Assembly (NCBI RefSeq): GCF_018350175.1
Contig: NC_058368.1
Location: forward strand, 216,444,001-216,508,000
Direction: 5' to 3'
Origin: Felis catus
Lineage: Eukaryota
DNA: 64,000 bases
Both the position numbers and the translations under genes were made by a program. Below the pieces are notes generated by a model. It saw only the letters and a list, made by a program, of their open reading frames with translations. It searched no databases and was not told the DNA's origin. Position 1 is the first letter of the stretch; each line of letters opens with the position of its first letter. Shown here in pieces: positions 1-13,030 of this stretch.

Positions 1-670
1 TCTCCAGCTTCAGCAGTTCTTGCCGTTTAGTGCTGCTGGAAGAGCTCCTGGGATACACATTGTGGATACTGTGGTGGTTTATTTCTCCTAACCATTTCCA
101 AAATGAGAACTCTTCCCAGGGCACATCTTCTCCTGAAACTTGAGGATCACACTATTAGCACAAACACTGAATCCCAGGAGTGTATCTGTGTATATGGGTG
201 TTACACATGCTATAACCAATCAGCTATATTCTGAAGTGCTTACATGTATTGGGAAATGAGAAATGCCACCATGCCCTCATCTCATCTCCCCCCACCCCGT
301 TTAATTATATTTTCAGCTGCAACATAACCCTATCTTTTAGGATAGATAATATCAGAGTTTGAATCCTAATTAATAGCTTATGTCTTCACCAATAAAATTG
401 CACCTGTAACTTTTTGGCTCCCTGGATTCACAGAATTTTCTCCTTGCATAATATTGTATCTAGTATGAGTTTTTCCTGTTGGCATTACCTCTTGAAGCCT
501 CATTTGTATCATGTAAACAAGTTGACTAGCCCCTATATCATTGTGTGATCACGATAAATTTGCCTCCCATTTTGGCTATTCATATCAGGATATTCTATTA
601 CACTATTAGGTCATACAAAGAGTAGTTGATGTTTTTGTTTTTGTTTTTATTTTTCATATTAATGGAGAGC

Positions 671-1013
671 TGTGAAGGATCTGATGTTACTTTACTTGCA
701 AGCTAGCTCATTATTCTGTCTCTCATTCATGGATGCTGGCAGAAGTCATAATACTCCCGGGTCAGAGCCAAAAGACTTTATTATTTATGGCAAGAGCAGT
801 AGTGACAGTACTAGTATTTTCTCATGCCAGTTCCCAAGCCCAACTCCCACAGGAAGATGTGAAGAGAGACAGGTGACAGGTGACATGAACACATTGAGTG
901 GGTTTTGTAACAGGAATGCAGAGACTGCAAAGCTTGATTCAGGCTTCTCTAAAAATGCAGCTGTTATTGCCTTGGTTCACAAGAAATGCAAAAAGGCAAG
1001 AGCCCCATGGAAT
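671..1013. mobile_element. ERVL-class solo LTR relic (MER54-like), internally deleted
   Basis: Starts TGTGAAGGATCTGA..TACTTGCAAGCTA..TTCATGGATGCTGGCAGAAG..ACTCCCGGGTCAGAG.CAAAAGACTTTATT and ends CACAAGAAATGCA..GAGCCCCATGGA, resembling the remembered MER54 consensus. Confidence 0.55.
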
Positions 1014-1147
1014 CAGCCAGTGACACGGAATTGCAGGTTTGGGAATAGGTTTGCAAGTGCAGATGACTGAGCTACTTCTACAAGTGAAAATTGGATTTTG
1101 TGAGAAAAATAAAAGGGAAACAGAATCAAAGAAAGCAATGGTCTTGT

Positions 1148-1368
1148 TTTTTTATTTATTTTATTTTTTTTTTCATGTTTATTTTTGAGAGAGAGAGACA
1201 GAGCATAAGTCGGGAGGGGCAGAGAGAGACACACAGAATCCGAAGCAGGCTCTAGGCTCCGAGCTGTCAGCACAGAGCCTGACACGGGGCTCCAACTTGT
1301 GAACCGCAAGACTATGACCTGAACCGAAGTTGGACACTTAACCAACTGAGCCACCCGGGCACCCCCCA
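1148..1368 (-). mobile_element. Can-SINE (feline SINEC_Fc type)
   Basis: Reverse-complement SINE body with (GA)n and T-rich tail; GGTCTTGT on both flanks. Confidence 0.95.
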
Positions 1369-2413
1369 AAACAAGGGTCTTGTATTGAAAGGAGCAAACT
1401 ATGGATCGCTGAAGACAATGAATTATATTACTATATGTACATTCAAGTTCAAGAGAGCAACTGAAAAATAAAACCATATTCACATAATTGAAAGCTTAGA
1501 ATGGGATTGCTACATCCTCATCTGAGGGTATAATTACTATTTTGATTCATATTTTTCTGATTCTGAATAAAGGTGATTGTAATTCTTTCTGGAAACCATG
1601 TCCATAGACATACGGAGTGTGATGCTAAATCTGGGTGTTCATGTCAGAACTACACTGAACTAGGACCAGTTAGGGTTGAAACAGAACACCATGCATGTGC
1701 CGCTGATGACCAATCTCTTTCTTCAGCTCCAACTTATCTGATTCAGCCTCTACTGTGTTTAATATTTCTCCCTAAAATTGAACTCATCATTGAATTTTCC
1801 TTCCACACATACTCTTCCTCTATTATTTCAATATTAGAAAGGAAACATGCAAATTAGGAAGCACATTCACCTAGTTTCTCAGGCCACATACGGCGACCGG
1901 AGACTTGCTCACTCCTCCTTGTACATCGCACAGATCCAATCATTTACTTCTCATAACTCTGGAATCTATCCATCTCTCTGCATTTTCACTGCCACCCACC
2001 TAGTCCACGTTACCACGTCTGGATGCCCGCACTAGTCTTCCAAGGGTCTCTCGTGGTCTTCCTTTTCATTCTCTTCAGTGATGCCATACTTATCTTCAAA
2101 TGGCTTCATTTATCTTGAAGATAAATTTTAACCTTTTTCATATAGGTGATCAGGCCATTCATCTTCTGAGCCCCATAGCCCACCTCTCTTCGATGAAGTT
2201 CTATGCTTTTACGGGAGCGTCCTTCAATGTCCTGCATTGCTCAAAGAAATACTCACCTCACACCCTCTCCATAGACTACCCCTCCTCTTGTATGGCCTCT
2301 CTACCTAGGTTAGCATTTACTTACTTCTTTCTACAGTCTCAGCTTTCACATCAAATTTTCAAGGGTCCCTTCATAGACCTCAAAGCGGTTTAAATTGTAC
2401 AATCTGTACATTG

Positions 2414-2446
2414 CTAACCCTAACCCTAACCCTAACCCTAACCCTA
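2414..2446 (+). repeat. Short interstitial telomeric repeat, (CTAACC)5CTA
   Basis: Perfect CTAACCCTAACCCTAACCCTAACCCTAACCCTA. Confidence 0.95.
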
Positions 2447-2478
2447 GTTAATTGCCCTGTGTATTGTACACTGTTTTA

Positions 2479-2693
2479 TTTTATTTTTATCTTTTCCTGT
2501 TTCTTTCTTTTTGAGAGAAAGAGAGACAGAGTGTGAGTGGGGAAGAGCAGAGAGACGGCGACACAGAATCTGAAGCAGGCTCCGGGCTCCGAGCTGTCCA
2601 CGCAGAGCCGGACGCAGGGCTCGAACTCACAGACAGCGAGACCATGACCTGAGCCCCAGTCTGCTCAACCAGCTGAGCCACCTGGGTGCCCCT
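2479..2693 (-). mobile_element. Can-SINE
   Basis: SINE body; target-site duplication (TSD) ACACTGTTTTA. Confidence 0.93.
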
Positions 2694-3668
2694 GCACACT
2701 GTTTTAAAATTCATGTATATGCATGATTGAATCCATGTCTTCTCATATGTAACTTCAGCGAGGGCGTGAATGGCACTCATCTTGTTCTCTTGGTCACTAA
2801 AATCCCCTCAGCACTTAAAAGTCTGTAGGTGAAATTTAGGCAAATCATTGACAAATGCATTGTAACTATTCTTCCCAGAGTGCCTGAAATCCATGGGATT
2901 TGTTACTCAGAAGGATAATATTTAGAATATTTACATACAAATGTATATTTCAACTAAAAATATTCTTTTTGAGGTTAGACCTCCTTTTGTTCTCATTTTG
3001 ACATTATGGCAAGGTTTCTGGCTTTTTTTTTTTTTTTTGCCTGTGTTTTGCACACTTGAAAACTAGGAGGAAATTAGAGAGTATTTGTCAAATTTCAAGC
3101 CTGCTTATCAGCAACACTTCAGGTGCTTTAAATGGAAGAGGAGAAACATCCACAAGAATAAAATCAGTGAATTCTTCCATTTACTATTTCTAGCAGCAGT
3201 AAAATCAATTGTATCTAAGAGGCAAAACAGTATGCTAATTACACCTTTTATTCAGGATTGTCAGCTAAAAGGGTCAGCTTTCACTTTCTACAGCATTATA
3301 TTAACCCTTTACAGATCTAACTTCTTAAAATATGACAAAATGATCACTGCTTTCATTTACTAAAGGTTTTGTTCTAGATGTTATTAGAAGGAATTCTCAT
3401 GAATTATTTTATAGCAAAAGCCCAACAAAAATTAGGCAATAGATCATAAATCAGCAAATGTTTACTGAGTATCTACTCTGGGCAACCAATGTTGTAGCTG
3501 ATGGATCAATTGCAAGGAACAAATTAGATACAAAAATCCATGGTCTCTTGTAATTTGCATGCTAGCATGGGGAAATGTATCAAAATGAATAAATCAACTG
3601 CATACTGTATTAGAAGATGATAAGGGGTACAGAGAAACATAGAGCTGGCAGTAGGTTTGGGGAGAAGT

Positions 3669-4035
3669 TGTGGCAAAGATTCCCTCCTTGACTAAGCTCT
3701 ACTCAGCCTACTAAGCTCTACTCTGAACTCTTGGCAAGTATGGTTTCTCGGCTTACATGGTCATCTCTGCATTACCCAATTTCATTGAGAATCCTTCTAT
3801 CAGTTTAGTCAGAATCCTTGATATCTAATATGGGTCCTCAACCTCTACCATTCCCCAGGTGATGTCCTAGCACTCTGGCCTGCCTTCAGCAAGAAGCCCG
3901 TAGGTGAGTTTAGCCAGAATCCGCCCCCATCGTCACCTCTGATGTTTCCTCTTGGTAATTCTCCACTCTGCTCCTTGGCTATAAATTCCCACGTTTCCTT
4001 ATTGTGTATGGAGTTGAGCCGAATGCATCCACCAA
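3669..4035 (+). mobile_element. ERV1 solo LTR (MER31-like)
   Basis: CCCCAGGTGATGTC..TGGCCTGCCTTCAGCAAGAA..GTTTAGCCAGAATCC..CTGATGTTTCCTCTTGGTAATT..CTGCTCCTTGGCTATAAATTCCCAC..GGAGTTGAGCC matches the remembered MER31 consensus. Confidence 0.7.
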
Positions 4036-4639
4036 CTACTTTCCTCTTGGGGAGAATGGTGGAAATTTCCTAAACCTGATACAAACATAAGAAATAAAGA
4101 ATAAATATCACCCTGCAAATCACGTATATGCATTGGTTATATTTTATTCATAGACTTTTTTTTTTCAAACCTTTGTTTTTGGTGTCTTTCCATGGAAAGA
4201 TTTTCTTTAAATCCTTTGGAGCCTGTCAGTATTACAATCTGCCCACTACTCTTGTGCTTTATTGTTTTTTTTCTCAAGGTGTCCTTCGCAACCTTAAGTC
4301 ACCGGGTTTTCTGATATCAGTTGTTCTAAAACATAAAGTGTTTATTTTTCATTTTCTATTTGACATATGCACAAAGTGTATTTTGGGGTCATTTTGTCTA
4401 AGTCAATTAGTTGTAAATGCAGTAAGTGCAAAAAATGGTACTGAATATAGTAAAAATCAAGTAACAATCCCAGTCTTGTAGGACTGTCTTTAGCTACAGT
4501 GAATGGAGGCCCTTAACTAGGGCTCTAGGCTTAACACATGGAAATGAACCAGAATGAAAATATAGTTTTATGTAAAATTTTTTCAGTTCTGTGTTTAAAG
4601 CTAGTTAATTGTCAAGTTTGGGTTATAGAACATGTTTTA

Positions 4640-4651
4640 CTTAACTTTTAT

Positions 4652-4691
<40 letters not shown>

Positions 4692-5291
4692 GGGGGAGGG
4701 GCAGAGAGAGAGGAAGACAGAGGATCTGAAGCAGGGTCCCTCCTGACAGCAGCAGGGAGCCCAATGCAGGGCTTGAACTCAGCAACTGTGAGATCATGAC
4801 CTGAGCAGAAGTCAGATGTTTAACCACCCACTGAGCCACCCAGGTGGCCCAGCTTAACACTTTTTTTAAACTATTATTTTATTATTATTCTTAACTTACT
4901 AATGCTTTTAAAAGTTTATTTATTTTTGAGAGAGACAGGGAGAACACAGCACCTTAGGCAGGCTCCAGGCTCTATGCTGACAGCTCAAAGCCTGATGCTG
5001 GAATCTATGATCCAGGAGATCAGGACTGAGGCTTAACCAACTGAGCCACTCAGGCGCCCCAGGAACAGTTTTGTTGTTGTTTTTGTTGTTGTTGTTAATG
5101 TTTATTTATTTTTGAGAGACAGAGTGAGAACGGGGGAGGGGCAGAGAGGGAAGGAGACACAGAATCTGAAGCAGGCTCCAGCCCTTGAGCTATCAGCACA
5201 GAGCCCTTCGCAGGGCTTGAACTGACGAACTGCAAGATGATGACCTGAGCTGAGGTCGGACGCTTAACTGACTGAGCCATCCAGGTACCCC
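4640..5291 (-). mobile_element. Three consecutive Can-SINEs (~4640-4851, ~4900-5061 degenerate, ~5070-5291)
   Basis: Three reverse-strand SINE heads (CTGAGCCACCCAGG/CTGAGCCACTCAGGCGCCCC/CTGAGCCATCCAGG) each with a T-rich tail. Confidence 0.92.
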
Positions 5292-5549
5292 AAACACTGT
5301 TTTAAAATGAAACCGGAGAACACAGCCTACAAAGAGCTAAACCACAGGAATATTTCTCTGAAAAGGTGAGATGATGGAAATGGGGAGGTGATGAGAGAGA
5401 GTTCCAGAGGATAGTAGGAGGAAAACAAAAATCCGAGGAAAGGCGTCAGAGCTAACAAGACCGGCATCACACAACCACTGTAACTCATGTTTTATTTTGT
5501 TTTGTTTCATAGAAGACTTTTATTTTAATTTAATATTCTTTTTTAATTT

Positions 5550-6407
5550 TAGAAAGTGGTCTGCTGATGCTACATAACAGGAACACATATTTGTTCTTGG
5601 ACTAAGAGGACCCTTCCTCACAACAATTAAGTCATCAAATCTGTGTAGCTGGATGATGTTCTCAGGGTTCCCAGATGCCTTCTCTTCTACGAGATCTATT
5701 TTGTGCTTGTTGTGTTAAAGTCTTTCCAATGCCAATTTGCTTCAACTTCCAGCGTTTCGAATGGAAGACCTTTATAAGTCAAAGGGCAAGCATCTTTGGT
5801 GAAGGAATGTAGATTCTCTTTTGTTGGCATCTACTCATCAAGTCCCTTCTCTAAAACTGTGTCATAACAGAAAGCTCCAAAGATTGCAGGAACCTCTGGA
5901 GCTCTGAACAAACTGACCACATGTTCACTTTCCAATGCCCTGTCTGTCATACAGTCCATCATCATGGCACAAGAATGCCCATAAGACGTATTCACTTCTC
6001 CTTGCTCATGACCTTTGAAAGTAAGAAACTAAATTCCTCGGGACTTGGTCACCGGGGTGTACATGTCCCAAGGCTGTTTGTCCACAAGAGCTGGAAGGGA
6101 CTTCCAGGATTACCACCCACTCAGATGCCTGGCAAATTGTAACGAGTTGAAATGGTTTTGTTCATCACAAAGATAGGGTCAGCATCATTTTTCTCAACGT
6201 GTTTAGCTTCACTCTTCTCAGTTCGTGGATAACTGCATGTCTTTGTCTTTACTAAGGAGATCCTTCTGCATTTCATCAGTTCTGTCAGTGACAGCTAAGA
6301 AGCTAGCCATGGTGCTAGAAATCTCTAGCCAGTCATGCCATACCACCACCAGGGGCTGCCCGCTAAAGCTGAAGCCTACCGACCCCCAAGCACATTGCCC
6401 CTTTCGT
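5550..6407 (-). pseudogene. MRPL39: Processed pseudogene of mitochondrial ribosomal protein L39 (mL39), 3'-truncated, with many stops and frameshifts
   Basis: Manual minus-strand translation gives [157 protein letters not shown]. This is colinear with mammalian MRPL39 ([100 protein letters not shown]). No introns. Confidence 0.95.
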
Positions 6408-6424
6408 GGCCCTTGTGCTCCCAT

Positions 6425-6461
6425 ATTTTTCTTTTTCATAAAGTTTATTCATTTATTATTT

Positions 6462-6499
<38 letters not shown>

Positions 6500-6672
6500 A
6501 CAGTGGGGAAGGGACAGAGAAAGAGAAGGAGAAAGCATCCAAAGCAGACAGAATCCAAAGCAGACTCCTGGCTCTGAACTGTCAGAACCGGGCCTGACGC
6601 GAGGCTCAAACTCACGAACCATGAGATCATGACCAGAGCCGAAGTTGGACGCTAAACTGACCCAGGCACCCC
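6425..6672 (-). mobile_element. Can-SINE
   Basis: SINE body with long (GA)n; TSD TGTGCTCCCAT at 6414-6424 and 6673-6683. Confidence 0.95.
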
Positions 6673-7924
6673 TGTGCTCCCATGTTTTAATCTCACTAAT
6701 GAAAATGTCAGTTGTCTTTGTAAAATTTTTGTCAAATGACACTTATCTGTAAACCACTACATACTTCTTCTTTCCAAAAATTTAAGCATTTTAGAACTAT
6801 AAACTTATTGATTATGAACAGTTCAACTAATGAGAGACTTTAGTGTCTAGGTATTAATTTTAATTCTCAATTCTTTGAGAAGTTATTCCAAAACTAAATG
6901 GCTTCTAATTATTTTGAAGTTTTTTTTTTTTTTTCCAGTCACAAAGGATTGACATTACAATCATTTTAAAGCCATTTCTGAAACAAAGCAGCTGCAAACA
7001 CTTTTGGTTCTATCTGAGTATTTCATTAAGGCATAAATATTTCAATTACCAAATAACAAGTCTTCACAATCTAGGGGTTTGATTGCATACAAAATGATTG
7101 ATTTGTTTCAAGTGTACTTAGAGTTATATAGAAAAAAAGTATATTCCAAATATTTCTTACAGAAGATAAGACAGATCTTCTGTTAAAATGAACAAAAATT
7201 TGAGAGAGATGTGATATTATCTCACAAGCAAGTAATAATTGAAATGATAAAATACAAAAAATTCTAAAAAACTTAAAAATCTTCATGCAAAACTTTTCAA
7301 ATTCAACCAAAAATTTTACTGGAGAAAAATTTATAATGCTAATCGAATATTTTAGAAAATTATCTAGAATGAAGCAAATTTAGCGAAGTGGTCAAATTAG
7401 TAACTTAAAAAGATCAAATGTAAACTCAAAGAAAAGTAAATAAGGGGATTAAAATGAACAAATGTTATTAGAAGTAAACAGCAGAATGAAATTTTGGCTT
7501 TCTAATTATGACTCAGAATAAAGATAGACTTTTAGAAGAATGATCAGGGTAAAAAAGAAAGATAGGGGTCGGATTGAAGCTAACACAGAAACATAGGGCT
7601 CAACCACAGAGAGTGAACTATAAAAAAAATAAGGACATATTATGATTGATTCTATAATAATATAAAAAGAAAATGTACCACTACTAGGAAGCAACTCAAT
7701 CAAAATTAACGCACCAAAAGTAAGATGGGATTGATCTGTAACTCATGAATTTCACCAAAGCTATTTGCTCTACAGCTCTCCATTCCTTAGTAGAGAACAG
7801 CTTCACCAATTTGGTAGCTCAGGCCAGAGTACTTGGAAATATAATTGGTTTTAATACCTCACATACCTTTTTTTTTTTTTTTTTTAGGAAATCCCATTGC
7901 TATGGCTTTTAAAATATGTTCAAG

Positions 7925-8168
7925 TTTTTTTTTTAATTTTTATTTTATTTTTTTATTTTTTTTTAACATTTATTTATTTTTGAGACAGAGAGAGACAGAG
8001 CATGAACGGGGGAGGGTCAGAGAGAGAGGGAGACACAGATTCTGAAACAGGTTCCAGGCTCTGAGCTGTCAGCCCAGAGCCCGATGCGGGGCTCAAACTC
8101 ATGGACCACGAGATCATGACCTGAGCCGAAGTCGGACACTCAACCGACTGAGCCACCCAGGCGCCCCC
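7925..8168 (-). mobile_element. Can-SINE (young)
   Basis: Near-consensus SINE body; AAATATGTTCAA on both flanks. Confidence 0.95.
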
Positions 8169-8399
8169 CTTTTTTTTTAAATATGTTCAAACTTTTAGCA
8201 CTAATCCATCTCCATTGTTACTAACCTGGCCAAGTCTTAGCCATCTTTCACCAAGATTATTTCGTTATCGCCTGTTCATCCTCTTTCCTTCATTGCTCAC
8301 CATTCTCACCACCAACCCACCTGCAAACAGCTGCTAGAGTAATAGTGTCAGTCAGTTCCACCGAATTCCAATAAATATAGCGTACCCTTCCCCCACACA

Positions 8400-11154
8400 T
8401 AAGCCCGTTGGTTACAAAGCTCACATGGAAAAATAAATACGAAATATATCGTTTATATATATATAAAATAAATAGGAAAATCTGAAAATAGAGGATTATA
8501 GTTACCTTAGATTTGTCAGATAACAAAATATATGACAAACCATTCTAATGACTGTAAACCGGAGAAATGGTACAGACAGTCCATAAATACTTCCAAGAAC
8601 AGGGGACATCTTTCATATGTAATTAAGGTGGCATCTCAAACAGTTGAGGAAAAGGTGGACTTTTTATGAAACGGTGTTGGCAAAACTGGCTAGTTGTTTT
8701 GCAAAAGAAAAATTGAGAAAATCGAATACATAAAACATACGTGTGCCAGAATAAATACCAAGTGAATGTTACCTAAGTTTAAAAGAAAATGAAATTATAT
8801 AAACAATAGAAGAAACTCTGTGTAGATTCCCTTTAAATCTGGATGTGAAAGAATACTTTTTAACCAAAAATTTAAAAATGCAGATATAATAAAAGATCAA
8901 TACACTCAGCCATGTCAAACAATTGCATGAAAAAAATAAGTAAAATATTACTTATGGAAAAGTAAATACAAACTGGAACATATTTTTTTCAGTGAATATA
9001 ACAGAAAAAAGGCCAAACTCACAAATATGCAAATACTGCTTAAATCACTTTGTTGAGGTATGACTGACCTACAAAAAGCTGCACATATTTAATGAATACA
9101 ACTTGGTGTATTTGGAGGTAAGTATATATCTTTGATATCACCATAACTTATGCTCTAAATATATCCATCACCTTCAAAAGTTTCTTCTTATCTTCTATAT
9201 TTACCATTATTTTTTATGTGTGACATTAACACTTAACATAAGATCTATCCTCTTAGCAAATTTTTAAATATATAATATAGTATTAACTATAGGTTCTATG
9301 CTATATAAATCTCTATGCTAGAGAAATCTCCATCTTGCAAAACTGAGAGTTTGTACCCTTTCACTAATACCTCCCAGACCCTGGCAACCATCCTTGTACT
9401 CTCTGCTTCTATGCATTTGACTATTTCATATTCATATAAGTGAGATCATGTGGGATTTTCCCTTTTATGTCTGGTTTAATTCACTCAGCATAATGTCCTC
9501 TAATTTCACGCATATTGTTGCAAGTAACAGAATGTCTTCCTTTTCTAAGGCTGAATAATATTCCATTGTGTATATGCCACATTTTTAGTGTTTATTGATT
9601 TATTTTTTACTGAAAAAAACCTTTTTTAATGTTTATTTATTTTTGAGAGAGAGAGAGAGAGCGCGATCATGAAGGGGGGGAGGGACAGAGAGAGATGGGG
9701 ACACAGAATCCCAAGCAGACTCCAGACTCTGAGCTGTCAACACAGAGCTAGACCTGGGGCTCAAACCCATGAACTGTGAGATCATAACCTGAGCTGATGT
9801 TGGACCCTTAACCGACTGAGCCACCCCTATGCCACATTTTCTTGAATATTGAAGGGAAAAAAAAAGACTAAACACCTGATGAAAAATGTGCAAAAGTCAC
9901 AGACACACACACATAGGATGAGTAGTATACACTACACCACACACACACACGCACACACACAAAGTAGCTCTTAAAAATTTGAAAGAACGCTCAATGCTCA
10001 TAATTAAAGAAATTAAAATTAAATTAAAATTATATCAAGATACCATTTCTTATCTCATTACAGCAAAGTTTAAATAATATAGTTTAGTGCAAGCTATAGG
10101 GTAACAGGCTCCCTTAAGCACAACCAATGCATTTGTTAACTGGTGTAACTCCTTTGTATATAGTACAATACATACATCTTAAACCAACAACTGTATTTGC
10201 AATTATACTTTACATTTAGCGATTCTACGAATAAGAATTCCATATACTTCCAACAATCCAAACATATGTAAAAATATTCGCTGTGGCCTTATTTGAAATA
10301 GTAAAATATCAGAAACAACCGGACATGACATTGGTTGAAAACTATGGTTTTTAACTATATAGCTATGGGCCATATAGCTATGGAGTATAGCGAAACTGTA
10401 TATCAATGGAATACTATAAGGCTGTAAAATAGAGTGAAAATACTTTTTTGATCTAGTGTAATTCTTAGGACAAAATGTTACTTGTTATCAAAAAAGCAAT
10501 GGGCAATTAGATAGATACCATATACATATATAAACTGCATTTTGTTGTAAGGAAATCAAAAAAATAAGACATGAATATGTATGTGTGATCTCATTTTTGA
10601 AAAAAAGAAAAGCAATTCACATCATAAACACAAAGCTAATTCAATTAAATCATTTATCAATAAGAACAGCAATGGTAGATAGCAGGGATAGAGAATGGAA
10701 TGAAACTTTGATATTTGAATTATGTTAATTACTCCCAAAGTCAAACAATGCAATTAAATCTAAATTGTATCAAACAGGAGGATAAAGCTAAAATTAAATA
10801 CAAGTAGAAAAACATAACTACATCAAGTTTATAATATGCAGAGAATATATGCATCCACCTACACACAGGGAACTAATTATTTCAAGTAATTTTGAACACT
10901 ATACTTTGATTGCACTTCCTCTACAGGATGTAGCCTGAAGGACAAAAAGAGAAAAGGAATCTTGAACTTGGGTGGTATGTTATCAGTCGTGATATTGGTG
11001 AAGCAATCCCTATTCTATTTTGTGTACATTGCAAAAGGAAATAAAACACCTTTGTAGTTGGGAATTCAGAGTCTCTGGAGGCAAAGGGAGCTATAGATAC
11101 CAATAAGGGTAAAGTGAGAAGGCTTGGAATGAAAAACATGACATAAGCTTATAG

Positions 11155-11193
<39 letters not shown>

Positions 11194-11470
11194 GAAAAAC
11201 AGATGAGCAGATAAGATAGGCCACCAAGAAGGCTTAGAAGTAATAATAACGCACCAACAGTGAACATGACTAGACCCCTGTCATGTTTTTGAAAACTATC
11301 TGCAAGTTTTTTTTTAACCCATAAGTGATTTGGGGTCCGGAGAATCAAAACATACAAACTAAGCCTCCAATAATTTTGTGCATCAGAAATCAAGGATGGG
11401 CTCAGAAACCAGTAGACACATATCCAAGAAAATACAATTAGATGCTCAAATTGTGCAAACATCGCCAGTG
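8400..11470. mobile_element. Patchwork of old L1 fragments (plus-strand ORF2/3'UTR relics, with a minus-strand L1MA-like 3' end at ~9040-9590)
   Basis: Plus strand: AAACGGTGTTGGCAAAACTGG, GATACCATTTCT, AATGGAATACTA. Minus strand: CCCTGGCAACCATCCTTGTACTCTCTGCTTCTATG..ATAAGTGAGATCATG..TCACTCAGCATAATGTCCTC. Confidence 0.75.
9590..9827 (-). mobile_element. Can-SINE
   Basis: SINE body; TSD TATGCCACATTTT. Confidence 0.93.
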
Positions 11471-12546
11471 GGAGTTTCTTTAATCTGCCGCTGGCTTCTG
11501 TGTCCTTTGTGAAACTCTGTATCAGTGTCTCCCCATCAGCTGTTCATTTTACTCAGACTGCTCTTTACCATACATCCCACTCACTCACTTCTAGGCTTGG
11601 CTCCAATGTCCCTTCTCGGCAAGGCTTATTCTAATCTCTCTACTCAAAATTTTACACATCCCAAAACTTGTGAACCTTTTCAGCAGGATCTGTTTTTTCC
11701 ACTGCACTTATAATCTTCTAAAATGCTATGAAAATGAATTAGCTATCTTGATTTGCCCCGCTCCCCACCTAAATAAGTGCCCATTAAAGCAAGTATGTTT
11801 TGTCTGTGTTATTCATAGTTAGTCGTTAGTCACTCTAAGCTTTGGCCTATTGTTTAGTGCCTGTCCTAAAACAGACTCTCAATTAATATCTTTTATTGAA
11901 TAATTTGATCACCTTCTAAATCTCCATTTTGTCTATCACATTATAGCCACTTCTATATGGTCATTTAACTTTATGAAATAGAAAAGATGATTTTCGGAAA
12001 GCAAATCATTTGTGTACAGTTTAGTATTGAGTTATTCTTAATACATTTCCTTCTTTAATTACTTATTTCTAATAGGCAATCAAACCTTGTCAGTTCTTCT
12101 CCCTAAATGTCTTTAAATGTGTTGTTTTATTTACTTGCTGACTCCCACCACCTTAGTTCTGGAACTCATCATCTCACACCTGGATTACTGAAATAGCCTT
12201 GCTTCTGGCAACCATACACAAATCTTTTCTGCATCATTCCCTCCTAAATGAGTGTTTAATTTCTCTAAATAACAGCTTTCAAAATGTGACTTCCAAACTT
12301 TTAAAAATTCTCAATGAGTCTCTAGCCACTTAGGAGATAATACCTTCAGTTTAGCTTTCAAGTGGATTCTGAGGTCATGTCCCCATTATAATACTTCCTG
12401 TGATATTAACATAGTTAATTATTTAGAGACAAAATTATGTAAAATATCACAGAAATAGATGAAGCATTTTTTTAAGTCTTCATATTGTTAATGTTTTGAG
12501 AGGCAATACAGTCAGGGAAAATGGACCAATATTAAAAATTGGTGTC

Positions 12547-12949
12547 TGGGGCGCCTGGGTGGCGCAGTCGGTTAAGCGTCCGACTTCAGCCAGGTCACGA
12601 TCTCGCGGTCCGGGAGTTTGAGCCCCGCGTCAGGCTCTGGGCTGATGGCTCGGAGCCTGGAGCCTGTTTCCGATTCTGTGTCTCCCTCTCTCTCTGCCCC
12701 TCCCCTGTTCATGCTCTGTCTCTCTCTGTCCCAAAAATAAATAAACGTTGAAAAAAATTTTTTTTTTTAAAATAAAAAAAATAGGGGCGCCTGGGTGGCG
12801 CAGTCGGTTGGGCGTCCGACTTCAGCCAGGTCACGATCTCGCGGTCCGTGAGTTCGAGCCCCGCGTCAGGCTCTGGGCTGATGGCTCAGAGCCTGGAGCC
12901 TGTTTCCGATTCTGTGTCTCCCTCTCTCTCTGCCCCTCCCCCGTTCATG

Positions 12950-12990
<41 letters not shown>

Positions 12991-13030
12991 CCAAAAATAA
13001 ATAAATGTTGAAAATAAAATAAAAAAAATA
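12547..13030 (+). mobile_element. Head-to-tail pair of very young Can-SINEs (12547-12783 and 12784-13030)
   Basis: Two CpG-rich near-identical copies; outer TSD AAATTGGTGTC (12536-12546, 13030-13040). Confidence 0.97.

Larger units (their letters stand above)
1710..2860 (-). mobile_element. L2 LINE relic, interrupted by a telomeric repeat and a SINE
   Basis: Pyrimidine-rich L2-like motifs (AAAATTGAACTCATCAT, GGAATCTATCCATCTCTCTGCATTTTCACTGCCACC, CTCAGCACTTA..GTAGGTG). Confidence 0.55.

Noticed and set aside
1148..9827. All SINEs in the first 10 kb are on the minus strand
   Set aside because: Small sample partly due to one clustered site; orientation is mixed over the rest of the window, so host-gene strand cannot be inferred.
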